Assembly (NCBI GenBank): GCA_028715175.1
Contig: JAQUSJ010000002.1
Span: forward strand, 22,285-86,284
Direction: 5' to 3'
Length of the DNA stretch: 64,000 bases
Source: Candidatus Daviesbacteria bacterium
GTDB taxonomy: Bacteria; Patescibacteriota; Microgenomatia; Daviesbacterales; UBA10151
Shown: positions 36,860 to 45,145 of the stretch, in pieces
Layout of the letters: each line of letters starts with the position of its first letter
How positions within the stretch are numbered: position 1 is the stretch's first letter
Program-made: the position numbers and the translations under genes
Notes under the pieces: generated by a model
The model's database searches: none
The model's input: only the letters and a program-made list of their open reading frames with translations
What the model was told of the DNA's origin: nothing

Positions 36860-36874
36860 AGGGGTTCAACCCCT
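36860..36874. repeat. REP palindrome, reverse orientation (AGGGGTTCAACCCCT)
   Basis: Reverse complement of the RAYT-linked REP, between convergent genes. Confidence 0.85.
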
Positions 36875-37262
36875 AAATGAATGTGTTGTAAAAGTAATGT
36901 ATCGACATTGCCACAACCACTCCAATCAACAGAAACCACTTATGCTTAAAGGTAGAAATAAGCATTATAAACATAGTCAGACTATGTAAAATACTAGTCA
37001 GAATAAATCTTGTAAGTAAAGTTGAAAGATCTCCTACCAAGGCTATATTTAAGGTGTAAAGAACGGTTTCGGAAAAGGTAAATAGTAAAGCGGCTGCCAA
37101 AACAACTTTGACTTGTATATTCCTCCTGGCACAATCTATAGCAAAAAATACCAAAAAGCCTTTCACTATTTCCTCAATAATATAAGGATAAGGCAGCAAA
37201 AGCTCGATAGGCCAGATAATAAACGGAGTAATAGCAGCTACTAACGGAATCAAAAAAGACAT
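36873..37262 (-). CDS. PrsW/M82-like intramembrane protease-type protein
   Basis: IIEEIVKG, FTFSET, LHS, IHYFYN motifs in a small polytopic protein. Confidence 0.6.
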   Translation of the reverse strand: MSFLIPLVAAITPFIIWPIELLLPYPYIIEEIVKGFLVFFAIDCARRNIQVKVVLAAALLFTFSETVLYTLNIALVGDLSTLLTRFILTSILHSLTMFIMLISTFKHKWFLLIGVVVAMSIHYFYNTFI

Positions 37263-37420
37263 TACTCTTTAGAATCGTCTTTACCTTGCAAGGCTTTTCT
37301 TAGTTCTCTGATCGCTTCTCCTAAACCTTTAGCAAATTCGGGAAGTTTTTTCCCGCCAAAAATAAGCAGTATAACAGCAGCAATAATTAATATTTCTGTT
37401 AATCCGATACCTCTAAACAT
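37262..37420 (-). CDS. tatA: TatA (missed by the ORF track)
   Basis: [43 protein letters not shown]; SD AAAGGAGG. Confidence 0.92.
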   Translation of the reverse strand: MFRGIGLTEILIIAAVILLIFGGKKLPEFAKGLGEAIRELRKALQGKDDSKE

Positions 37421-37440
37421 AGCAGCCTCCTTTCTTTAAG

Positions 37441-38190
37441 TTACAACAAATGAGACTTCAAAACGTATCTATTTAATAATAGGGTAAGTTCAAAAAGAAG
37501 TGCAAGTGGCAAAAACAACAGCACCAAAGATAAAAGATCGGTTGGGGGTAAAAGCGCTGCAAAAATTAAAGATAATATGTAAACGAGAAGACGTTTTTTT
37601 ACAATAGCATGATATTTAAGAATTTTCAGTTTCATTAAAATTGTTAAGACAACTGGAAATTCAAATGCCAGTCCCATTAACAAAGCGGTAGTCAAAATTT
37701 GGGAAAGCAGTTTGCTGATATCCAGCAAATTGCCAATATTAAGTTCAACCGATTTCTGGAAGAAAATAATTACCACATATTTCATAATTAATACTCCAAA
37801 AATGAATCCGGATATAAAAAGAAGGAGGGTAATTGGCAACAGGGCCAATACGGCTTTATATTCGGATCTACGAAGGGCTGGTTTTAAAAAGCTTAAAATT
37901 TGAAAAATAACAATGGGTAAAATGGCAATAAATCCAACCAGTAAAGCCGAGTCAACAGCCAGAGTGAAGAATTGAAAAGGAGAAGTAAAAACTATGTTTA
38001 CGCCTTTAAGGTCGAAAATTCTCAAAACGAAACGGATTATGTTTTCATAATATATAAAACCAACTACGGCACAGATTATAAAAACTGATAAAGTAAAAAT
38101 TAGCCTTTTTCTAATCTCTGAAAAAAAGGGTGAATATTTAATGATTGTGGAGTCTAAATCTCCTGTTATCGAAGCTTCAGATGCCATCAT
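37441..38190 (-). CDS. tatC: Twin-arginine translocase subunit TatC
   Basis: EIRKRL, TSP, FLKPAL, FEFP, PPTD; about six TMs. Confidence 0.92.
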   Translation of the reverse strand: MMASEASITGDLDSTIIKYSPFFSEIRKRLIFTLSVFIICAVVGFIYYENIIRFVLRIFDLKGVNIVFTSPFQFFTLAVDSALLVGFIAILPIVIFQILSFLKPALRRSEYKAVLALLPITLLLFISGFIFGVLIMKYVVIIFFQKSVELNIGNLLDISKLLSQILTTALLMGLAFEFPVVLTILMKLKILKYHAIVKKRLLVYILSLIFAALLPPTDLLSLVLLFLPLALLFELTLLLNRYVLKSHLL

Positions 38191-38449
38191 CTTCTGCCTT
38201 CTTCTCGATATCAAAAGTTCTTTTAATATTTTTATTGGTTTCATCCGTTGCGCTTATAATTTCCTTCTTGGCTTTCTCTAATTCTTTATCTGTTTCATCG
38301 ATTGCATTGCTGAACTCTTTTTTTGCCTTTTTCAATTCTCTCCCCGCTTCCCCAAGTCCCTTAGCCCATTCGGTCAGCTTTTTACTGCCAAAAAGGAAAA
38401 GTATAATCAGAGCGATGATTAGTATTTCTTTAGATCCTAAGTTAAACAT
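38177..38449 (-). CDS. tatA: TatA/TatB-family subunit with a longer charged tail
   Basis: MFNLGSKEILIIALIILFLFGSKKL...LGEAGRELKKA. Confidence 0.88.
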   Translation of the reverse strand: MFNLGSKEILIIALIILFLFGSKKLTEWAKGLGEAGRELKKAKKEFSNAIDETDKELEKAKKEIISATDETNKNIKRTFDIEKKAEDDGI

Positions 38450-38503
38450 TGTTATTTAATCTTATATTAGATCAATATCTTTTAGAAATGCAAGCTAGAT
38501 TTT

Positions 38504-38628
38504 TGTATGAATTCAGTTTTCCCCGGCGGATTTGTCATTCTGAGGCTGAAAGCCGAAGAATATAACTGAAATTATATCCTTCGCTACGCTCAGGATGACA
38601 GTTTACTGGAAAATACTGAATAGTTACA
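38504..38628. repeat. Composite palindrome: TGTCAT...ATGACA element nested in an outer ATTCAG/CTGAAT inverted repeat
   Basis: Inner element 38533-38600 TGTCATTCTGAG...CTCAGGATGACA; outer arms ATTCAGTTTTCC and GGAAAATACTGAAT. Confidence 0.78.
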
Positions 38629-38815
38629 GATTTTTTTGGTAAGCTCCATCCAGACAAAAAAGACCGTGGTGCGATAAAAAATAGTAAAAAAAGTAATACT
38701 TTTTTATATATAGATATCTTAAGTTATACTTTGATATATTATCCTTCAACAATAATTTCAGGTACAATTCCAGCTCTTGCAGTTTAGCTACAATCTAAGA
38801 TATAATCCATAAATC

Positions 38816-38891
38816 GCCTTTGTCAAAAACTGTCATTTAGACACTTTTTGCAAGCGATCTCGCGCCAGAAGAAAGGAGGGCGCTCCGATTG
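38816..38891 (+). promoter_or_regulatory. Structured 5' leader shared with the gene starting at 59449
   Basis: Near-identical to the reverse complement of 59447-59523; follows TTGCAG-18 nt-TATAAT; contains the SD and TTG start. Confidence 0.75.
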
Positions 38892-39056
38892 GCCAAAAAG
38901 GGTAATCGAAATTTATTCATATTTCAATGTTCTTCCTGTAAAAACAGAAATTACACTGCTACCAGAAATACGGTAAACATTAAGGAAAAGCTCGCTTTAA
39001 ACAAATTTTGTAAACATTGCCGGAAAACCACTCCCCACAACGAAGTCAAGCTTTAA
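38889..39056 (+). CDS. rpmG: 50S ribosomal protein L33 (Zn type; missed by the ORF track)
   Basis: TTG start; MAKKGNR...CSSC..RNYT...KFCKHCRKTTPHNEVKL. Confidence 0.93.
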   Translation: MAKKGNRNLFIFQCSSCKNRNYTATRNTVNIKEKLALNKFCKHCRKTTPHNEVKL

Positions 39057-39112
39057 CTTCTTTTCTGCTTATTGACTTTTAATTATCGAACCTACTACTA
39101 TAATCATATAAC

Positions 39113-39778
39113 ATGCCCTACCCAATCGATATAAAAGAAAAAGCTTTTATTCTTCGAAAACAAGGATATTCAATAAAAGAAGTCGCAGCTAAACTTAGCA
39201 TTGCACAGAGCACCTCTTCGGTATGGTTATCACAGATCATTCTTTCTGCTTCAGCTCAGAAGCGTTTAGAAAAGCGGAAAATCCTTGGTCAATACAAAAG
39301 TATCTTTATTAGAAAAACTGCTCGAGAAAAGCATAGGGCAATTTTAGAAAAAACAGCTACCGAGATGTTATCTACCATTCCTCTATCTCAAACTCTTGCT
39401 AAGCTTTGCTGTGCTTTAATTTGGTGGTGCGAGGGAAATAAAAATACAACTTCAGTAAAATTTACAAGTTCTGACCCCACTCTTATAAGAAACTTTCTTT
39501 ATCTTTTTAGGGCTGGTTTCAAGATAGATGAGTCTAAATTCCGGGCTTTAGTGCATTTACATGAATATCACAATAATAAAACTCAAAAACAATTTTGGAG
39601 TAATATAGCGAGTATTCCTCTAACGCAATTTCATAGAAGTTATTTGAAACCAAACACTGGAAAAAGAATTAAGGAAAATTATCCGGGCTGCCTTGCTTTA
39701 GTATATTATGACGCTAGCATTGCTAAGGAACTTGAGGCAATATATAATGTTTTCAGCAAATCTAGGGGCGTCGGTTAA
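39113..39778 (+). CDS. HTH plus LAGLIDADG-like hypothetical protein abutting tRNA-Trp
   Basis: N-terminal LRKQGYSIKEVA..L.IAQSTSS.W; ALIWWCEG.K; FTSSDP; stop codon lies inside the tRNA. Confidence 0.65.
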   Translation: MPYPIDIKEKAFILRKQGYSIKEVAAKLSIAQSTSSVWLSQIILSASAQKRLEKRKILGQYKSIFIRKTAREKHRAILEKTATEMLSTIPLSQTLAKLCCALIWWCEGNKNTTSVKFTSSDPTLIRNFLYLFRAGFKIDESKFRALVHLHEYHNNKTQKQFWSNIASIPLTQFHRSYLKPNTGKRIKENYPGCLALVYYDASIAKELEAIYNVFSKSRGVG

Positions 39779-39834
39779 CGGTAAACCAATGGACTCCAAA
39801 TCCATGACTGAGGGTTCAATTCCTTCCGCCCCTG
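39764..39834 (+). tRNA. tRNA-Trp (anticodon CCA)
   Basis: AGGGGCG/CGCCCCT acceptor stem; ATGGA-CT CCA AA-TCCAT; GGTTCAATTCC. Confidence 0.93.
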
Positions 39835-39925
39835 CAAATTGGACAATAATCCGATATAATCAATTCATGAGCACTATTCCGTATTCTCCCAGCGCAACAA
39901 CATGATTGCTTATAAAGACTAACCC

Positions 39926-40075
39926 CTATCTGCCAAAAATTCCCAATCCCAAAAGGCCTATTATAATAAGATAAAATGCCACAAAATAATTCAAAAAACT
40001 GGGAAATATCAAAATTAAAATTCCAAATAATAATGCCGACAAGGCTGACATATTACCTAGCGTAATAAGATTCAT
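39926..40075 (-). CDS. DUF3096-like small membrane protein
   Basis: GILILIFP..LNYFVAFYLIIIGL; SD AAGGAGGTGA. Confidence 0.75.
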   Translation of the reverse strand: MNLITLGNMSALSALLFGILILIFPSFLNYFVAFYLIIIGLLGLGIFGR

Positions 40076-40100
40076 TTTTCTCACCTCCTTAATATAAAAA

Positions 40101-40146
40101 TTAGGGCGGCTCATGTTGCACCGAAGTCAACCCAAGCCACCCTTAA
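40101..40146 (-). terminator. Hairpin followed by a T-run
   Basis: AGGGTGGCT...AGCCGCCCT then TTTTT on the minus strand. Confidence 0.45.
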
Positions 40147-40156
40147 TTCAGGAAAC

Positions 40157-40324
40157 CTACATACCGCCATATGAAAGCCTATTCGCGCTTTCCTCCTTCT
40201 TTTCTCCTTCCTCTTCCGTGCCTTTAGTTCTTGTCCCCTCTTCTCCTTCTTCTTGTTTCATTCCTTCTTTTTCCTCAGATTCCTTACCTTCTCCTTTATC
40301 ATCATTTCCTTTGTCTGTTGGCAT
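40157..40324 (-). CDS. Small acidic low-complexity protein
   Basis: MPTDKGNDDKGEGKESEE...; SD AAAGGGGGTGA. Confidence 0.6.
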   Translation of the reverse strand: MPTDKGNDDKGEGKESEEKEGMKQEEGEEGTRTKGTEEEGEKKEESANRLSYGGM

Positions 40325-40340
40325 AATTTTCACCCCCTTT

Positions 40341-40516
40341 CTAATATACTGATGGAGACTTAGCGTCTTTTGATCTAGCTTCTGAAAGTCCAATTGCGAT
40401 TGCCTGCTTTCTGCTCTTAACAGTTTTACCAGATCTATCTGATTTAAGAGATCCACTTTTCATTTTGTGCATTGCCTCTTTCACCCTTTTTGTGCTCCTC
40501 TGCTATATCTAGCCAT
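40341..40516 (-). pseudogene. Frameshifted DUF6496-like small basic protein
   Basis: MARYSRGAQK then a shift in an A5 run; the other frame reads RVKEAMHKMKSGSLKSDRSGKTVKSRKQAIAIGLSEAR. Confidence 0.7.
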
Positions 40517-40620
40517 TATTTTCATCTCTTCCAAAAATTTATACCATGACCACTCCATTAAATCAGTGATAGTTATTACATCTGTAAAGATGGGGAACAA
40601 TTTGTATGAAGAAACGGATC

Positions 40621-41343
40621 CTAAAAATTTACCTTAATCCTGGCTGATTGGACAAACAAAATCTTTGCCTCAGAACTCTTAACCTGAATAGTATATGTTT
40701 TTTGACCGCTAGCTAACTTAAAAGTCCCTGAAGTTTTTACACCAAAGTTGGTTGAAGTAGTATCCAGCTGTGATGATACTGAACTCCCATCCGTCACATT
40801 ATACAACCTTATAGACCCTGTACCGGATGGCTCTGATAATCTGAAATTTGCTTCCAACTGCATGCTGGAATAACCCTCGTAATTATCGGGATTTATTACT
40901 GCCTGATATTCATTTAATGTAGTCCAAGCCTGATCAATCCAAGGTCCACCTCCTGCGCCAAGAGGTATATATAATGGAGATTTAGAAGTTGAACCGGCAG
41001 TCGGGCTTGATTTTTCTAAGGCGCTGACCCGGGCTTTCAACTCTGTAGCAGATGCTTCCAAATCTGAAATCCTTGAATCCGAAGAAGTTGAATTGGCGGT
41101 TTGAGAAGTTTGAGATTTTAAAGAATTTAGCTGGGTAGCAAGTTTAGTTACCAGATCCTCCAAAGCCTTAACTCTATCTTCCAGGCTTGCTCCTGGCAAA
41201 GTGCTTGGCACCTCTATTGGTGTCTGATCCTGTTGACTTGTCTCAGAAGTGGTTAAACTTGCTTTGGTGGAAACATACCGCCAATAGCCTAACCCCCCTA
41301 AAATCAAGACAGGTATTAATATAAAGGGCAGAAACCTAATCAC
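40621..41343 (-). CDS. Membrane-anchored coiled-coil exported protein
   Basis: N-terminal TM, two heptad stretches, beta-rich C-terminal domain. Confidence 0.72.
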   Translation of the reverse strand: MIRFLPFILIPVLILGGLGYWRYVSTKASLTTSETSQQDQTPIEVPSTLPGASLEDRVKALEDLVTKLATQLNSLKSQTSQTANSTSSDSRISDLEASATELKARVSALEKSSPTAGSTSKSPLYIPLGAGGGPWIDQAWTTLNEYQAVINPDNYEGYSSMQLEANFRLSEPSGTGSIRLYNVTDGSSVSSQLDTTSTNFGVKTSGTFKLASGQKTYTIQVKSSEAKILFVQSARIKVNF

Positions 41344-41409
41344 AATTACATCATACCATAACCCCAATAGCTTGACTTTAGGCTCATAGTATGCTAAACT
41401 ACACAGCTT

Positions 41410-42081
41410 ATGATAAAAAAGCCTTTTCAGGCTCTAGCTATTCTCCCTTTTGCTTTTGGTTCACTCTTAGGGGATGGCAGCAGTCAACAATTTGTCAGTC
41501 CTTTCACAGGCCAGTATTTGCTGGCTCAAAAAGAGATGTCTCTTACTAACCGCTATGCAGATAAGTTTGTCAACAATGTTTTTAAAGACAATATCCTGTT
41601 AAATTTGGCCTACCTTGGCGATAAGGTAACTTCTTCTAAAGATATTAAATGGGATGAGATTGCCAAGCCGTTTCAATACGAGTTTAAGCTGGAACCAAAG
41701 AAAACTTTTGCTTTTCATAGCGATGTCCAGGCTAAATTCCAAAATAGTTTAGTCAAAACCACCAATGCTCATTTTAATGCTCAAGAGGGCTTTAAAACAG
41801 ACGGGTATTTATTCGGGGACGGAGTTTGTCATTTGGCATCTTTAATTAACTGGGCAGCCAGGGAAGCAGGGTTAGAAGTAGAGGCCCCGACCAACCACAA
41901 TTTTGCCAATATTCCTGATGTTCCAAAAGAATACGGAGTTTCTATTTATTCAAACCCGTGGTCCCGAGGTTCAAATGCGCTTCAAAACCTTTATATTACT
42001 AATAACAAAACTAAACCAGTAGCTTTTAGGTTTGCATACCAGGATAATAAAGTTAAAGTATCTGTAGTTGAGTTAAATTAA
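41410..42081 (+). CDS. VanW-like protein
   Basis: GDGVCHLASL, AGLEV, NH, LYITNN. Confidence 0.75.
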   Translation: MIKKPFQALAILPFAFGSLLGDGSSQQFVSPFTGQYLLAQKEMSLTNRYADKFVNNVFKDNILLNLAYLGDKVTSSKDIKWDEIAKPFQYEFKLEPKKTFAFHSDVQAKFQNSLVKTTNAHFNAQEGFKTDGYLFGDGVCHLASLINWAAREAGLEVEAPTNHNFANIPDVPKEYGVSIYSNPWSRGSNALQNLYITNNKTKPVAFRFAYQDNKVKVSVVELN

Positions 42082-42119
42082 GCTTTACAAATACATATCC
42101 CCTATCTTAATATGAGATT

Positions 42120-43466
42120 ATGTCTCAAGATGAAGCTGTGCCACAGGAACACCCCAAAGAACATCACGATCATGCAATTTTAAAATTCCCGGAAGGATTT
42201 TTGTGGGGCACAGCCACTTCTGCTCATCAGGTAGAGGGAAATAATATTCACAGCGACTGGTGGGAGTGGGAACAAACTCATCAACCGCCCCATTTGCGCT
42301 CAGGAAAGAGTTGTGACCAGTACCATTTATATGAACAGGATTTTGAACTGGCCAAAGAGTTAAATCATAATGCTCACCGCTTATCTATTGAATGGTCCAG
42401 GATTGAGCCTATTGAAGGGCAATTTGATACAGCTGAAATTGAACACTACAAAAAAGTCTTAAAGGCTTTAAAAGACCGCAAACTAACAGTCATGTTAACT
42501 CTCTGGCACTGGACTTTACCGAAGTGGGTGGCTGATAAAGGCGGTTGGGAAAATGGGGCAACTGTTAAATATTTTGAAAGGTTTGTCAGAAGAATCGTTC
42601 CCGAGATCTCGGAATTCGTTGATTTATGGGTAACCTTGAATGAACCTGGAGTGTATATTTATGAAACATACATTGAAAGGATTTGGCCTCACTCAAAAAA
42701 AAGCTGGGTTGGACAAGTCAAAGCTTATTTAAACCTGGTTTCTGCTCACAAAAGAGTCTACAAATACCTGCACTCAAGCTTCCCGGCCGGTAAACCGGTT
42801 GGCGTTGCCAATAATATACTTTCTTTTGAAGTCTATCATAAACATTCCATCGTCGAACAAATGGCAGTTGCTTTAAACGATCTTTTTGTTAACCATTTGT
42901 TTTATTTCTTAACCCGGGGCAGCCATGATTTCCTGGGAATTAATTACTATTTTAATATCCGTCTCAAAGGCAATAATTTGATATCTCAGAATGTGGGTCT
43001 GACACAGCAAACTCATGAAGTCTCTGATTTAGGTTGGGAGATTCATCCCGAAGGCATCTTTGAAGTTTTAACCGACCTGTCTGATGATTTACCTATCTAC
43101 ATTACCGAGTGTGGAATTGCTTCCACCAATGACGACAGAAGAAATCGCTTTTTAATTTCTTATTTGCAAGAAGTAGCCAGAGCCATTAAAGCCGGAGTTA
43201 ATGTCAGAGGATTCTTTTACTGGTCGCTGCTGGATAATTTTGAATGGCATTTGGGCTTTGAACCCAGGTTTGGGCTGGTGGAAATAGATTATACCAACTT
43301 AGAGCGCCATATCCGACCTTCAGCGCTGGTTTATACGGACATTATTCAACACAACGGCATTCCCCACTCCCTCCTCCGGTTCATCGGGCACACAGTCCAG
43401 GCAGAAGAAGTTTTGGAAAAAAGACAAAAAGAGATAGAAAAGGAGATAGAAAAGAAAAACAAATAG
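42120..43466 (+). CDS. Glycoside hydrolase family 1 (beta-glucosidase-like)
   Basis: FLWGTATSAHQVEG, TLNEP, ITECG, WSLLDNFEW. Confidence 0.95.
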   Translation: MSQDEAVPQEHPKEHHDHAILKFPEGFLWGTATSAHQVEGNNIHSDWWEWEQTHQPPHLRSGKSCDQYHLYEQDFELAKELNHNAHRLSIEWSRIEPIEGQFDTAEIEHYKKVLKALKDRKLTVMLTLWHWTLPKWVADKGGWENGATVKYFERFVRRIVPEISEFVDLWVTLNEPGVYIYETYIERIWPHSKKSWVGQVKAYLNLVSAHKRVYKYLHSSFPAGKPVGVANNILSFEVYHKHSIVEQMAVALNDLFVNHLFYFLTRGSHDFLGINYYFNIRLKGNNLISQNVGLTQQTHEVSDLGWEIHPEGIFEVLTDLSDDLPIYITECGIASTNDDRRNRFLISYLQEVARAIKAGVNVRGFFYWSLLDNFEWHLGFEPRFGLVEIDYTNLERHIRPSALVYTDIIQHNGIPHSLLRFIGHTVQAEEVLEKRQKEIEKEIEKKNK

Positions 43467-43529
43467 CTTTCAGTCGTCAGTCGTCAGATTTTAAGTCTGA
43501 CAGCTGAAAGCTGATAGCTGACGACTATT
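43462..43529. repeat. Heptamer-arm inverted-repeat element, empty copy 5
   Basis: TAGCTTTCAGTCGTCAGTCGTCAGA-ttttaa-GTCTGACAGCTGAAAGCTGATAGCTGACGACTATT. Confidence 0.9.
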
Positions 43530-43530
43530 T

Positions 43531-44433
43531 ATGTCCCACATACCCTTTACCATAACAGCCTATTTTTTCAATGCCTTGGCAGTTTTAGCCAACAAATTTT
43601 TGCTTAATAAAACCATTCCAGATCCTTTAATTTACATCTTTTATATTAGCCTGATCTCTTTACTGGCAATTCTAGCTTTACCTTTTACCCATATTCCTAA
43701 TTTAGAAGCTTTTACCCAGGCTTCAGTGTCCACCATTCTTTGGACCGCTGGAGCGTATTTTATGTTTAAAGCCCTAAAAATCGGCCAGGTTTCCCGGGTC
43801 ATCCCAATTATCGGCACGCTTATTCCCCTGATCCTTTTGATCTTTGCCTCGCAAACTTATGCCATCTCACAGACCCAAACCTGGGCGGTTTTGATCCTGA
43901 CAGCAGGCATGATTTTTTTAACTATGCAGGATATTTTACAAGGAAGCTTAAATAAACGGGAAATTGTCTTTGAAGTTTTATCTGCTGTCAGCTTTGCCAT
44001 ATCCTACATTATTCTAAGACAGGCATATCTTCAGCTAGACTTTTTTTCTGTGTTGGTTTGGTCAAGATTAATCCTGCTTCCATTTATTCTCATAGTGCTT
44101 CTGATCCCGACTTTACGCAGAAAAATTATCACCCCTGCCGGCTTACAAATCAATTTTTTCTCTAAAGAAGGCCTGGTATTTTTGGGAGGGCAAGCCAGCG
44201 GGGCCATTTCGGAATTTTTGATTCTTTTCTCAATTTCTCTGGCAAATCCGGCTTTGGTAAATTCCTTGCAAGGTACTCAGTATGTATTTTTGTTTATCCT
44301 GGCCATATTTTTATCCAAAAAATACCCCGCTATTTTTCAGGAAAAATATAATATTCTGAATGTATCTTCTAAAGTTGTAGGGATAGGTTTAATAGGAATC
44401 GGCCTCTACTTACTGACATTATCCGGAAGTTAA
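43531..44433 (+). CDS. EamA/DMT-like transporter
   Basis: About ten TMs in two repeats; ALKIGQVSRVIP. Confidence 0.75.
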   Translation: MSHIPFTITAYFFNALAVLANKFLLNKTIPDPLIYIFYISLISLLAILALPFTHIPNLEAFTQASVSTILWTAGAYFMFKALKIGQVSRVIPIIGTLIPLILLIFASQTYAISQTQTWAVLILTAGMIFLTMQDILQGSLNKREIVFEVLSAVSFAISYIILRQAYLQLDFFSVLVWSRLILLPFILIVLLIPTLRRKIITPAGLQINFFSKEGLVFLGGQASGAISEFLILFSISLANPALVNSLQGTQYVFLFILAIFLSKKYPAIFQEKYNILNVSSKVVGIGLIGIGLYLLTLSGS

Positions 44434-44451
44434 TTATTTATTACTCAGAAA

Positions 44452-45036
44452 TTACTTAGAAGAGCTTAGTAAGTAATTTGCATCAATCGCACAAACTTGA
44501 TCAGGTTTTGGAGTTTTACCATTTTCCCACATTGCACCTGTGGCGTCAGCACAGTTAAAAACTCCCCATAAATCTTTTTCCTGATAGCCAGACCTTTCTA
44601 CATTTGTCAAAATAACATTATTAACTATACCATCTTGAATAATTTGACCAATAACTCTACCTGTAGGTTCGCTTGAAACTCCTCCTGTAGGATGATCTCG
44701 GATATCAACAAGAGTTCCTTTATCCTTCATTTCATATTGTCCCCTTAAATCTGCTCCTGCAGCCACAATTCTCACTTCAGAATAATATTTCTCACCAGGA
44801 AGCATGCTACTAGGGTCGTTTAATTTTTCTCTCATTGTTGCAGCCCAACTGGAAACCTGTTGATTTCTTTGATGTTCGTGCAATGCAAGAATTCCGCAAT
44901 ATGCTAAACCACCAAGAACAACAACTGCTAAAATCTCCCGCAAGTGAGCGGCAAATTCATGACCAATTCCAGATCTACTTCCAGATCTTCTAATTTCTGG
45001 TAGATATCTAGCTCTTTCCATAATGGGTATAATCAT
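44452..45036 (-). CDS. Membrane-anchored hypothetical protein
   Basis: Single TM near the N-terminus; two C-terminal Cys. Confidence 0.6.
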   Translation of the reverse strand: MIIPIMERARYLPEIRRSGSRSGIGHEFAAHLREILAVVVLGGLAYCGILALHEHQRNQQVSSWAATMREKLNDPSSMLPGEKYYSEVRIVAAGADLRGQYEMKDKGTLVDIRDHPTGGVSSEPTGRVIGQIIQDGIVNNVILTNVERSGYQEKDLWGVFNCADATGAMWENGKTPKPDQVCAIDANYLLSSSK

Positions 45037-45145
45037 ACACTATGGGATTTAATTTGTCAAGTAAACTTCCCTCTTGTGAGAATCAAGTAAATCTTTTAGA
45101 ATGCGGCTAAATATCTATAATTTTCTGTCCCAAAAGCAAAAAAAT

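Noticed and set aside
40157-40456. 99-aa ORF as called by the track
   Set aside because: It is better explained as a 55-aa gene from ATG 40324 with its own SD, overlapped upstream by the frameshifted DUF6496-like gene.
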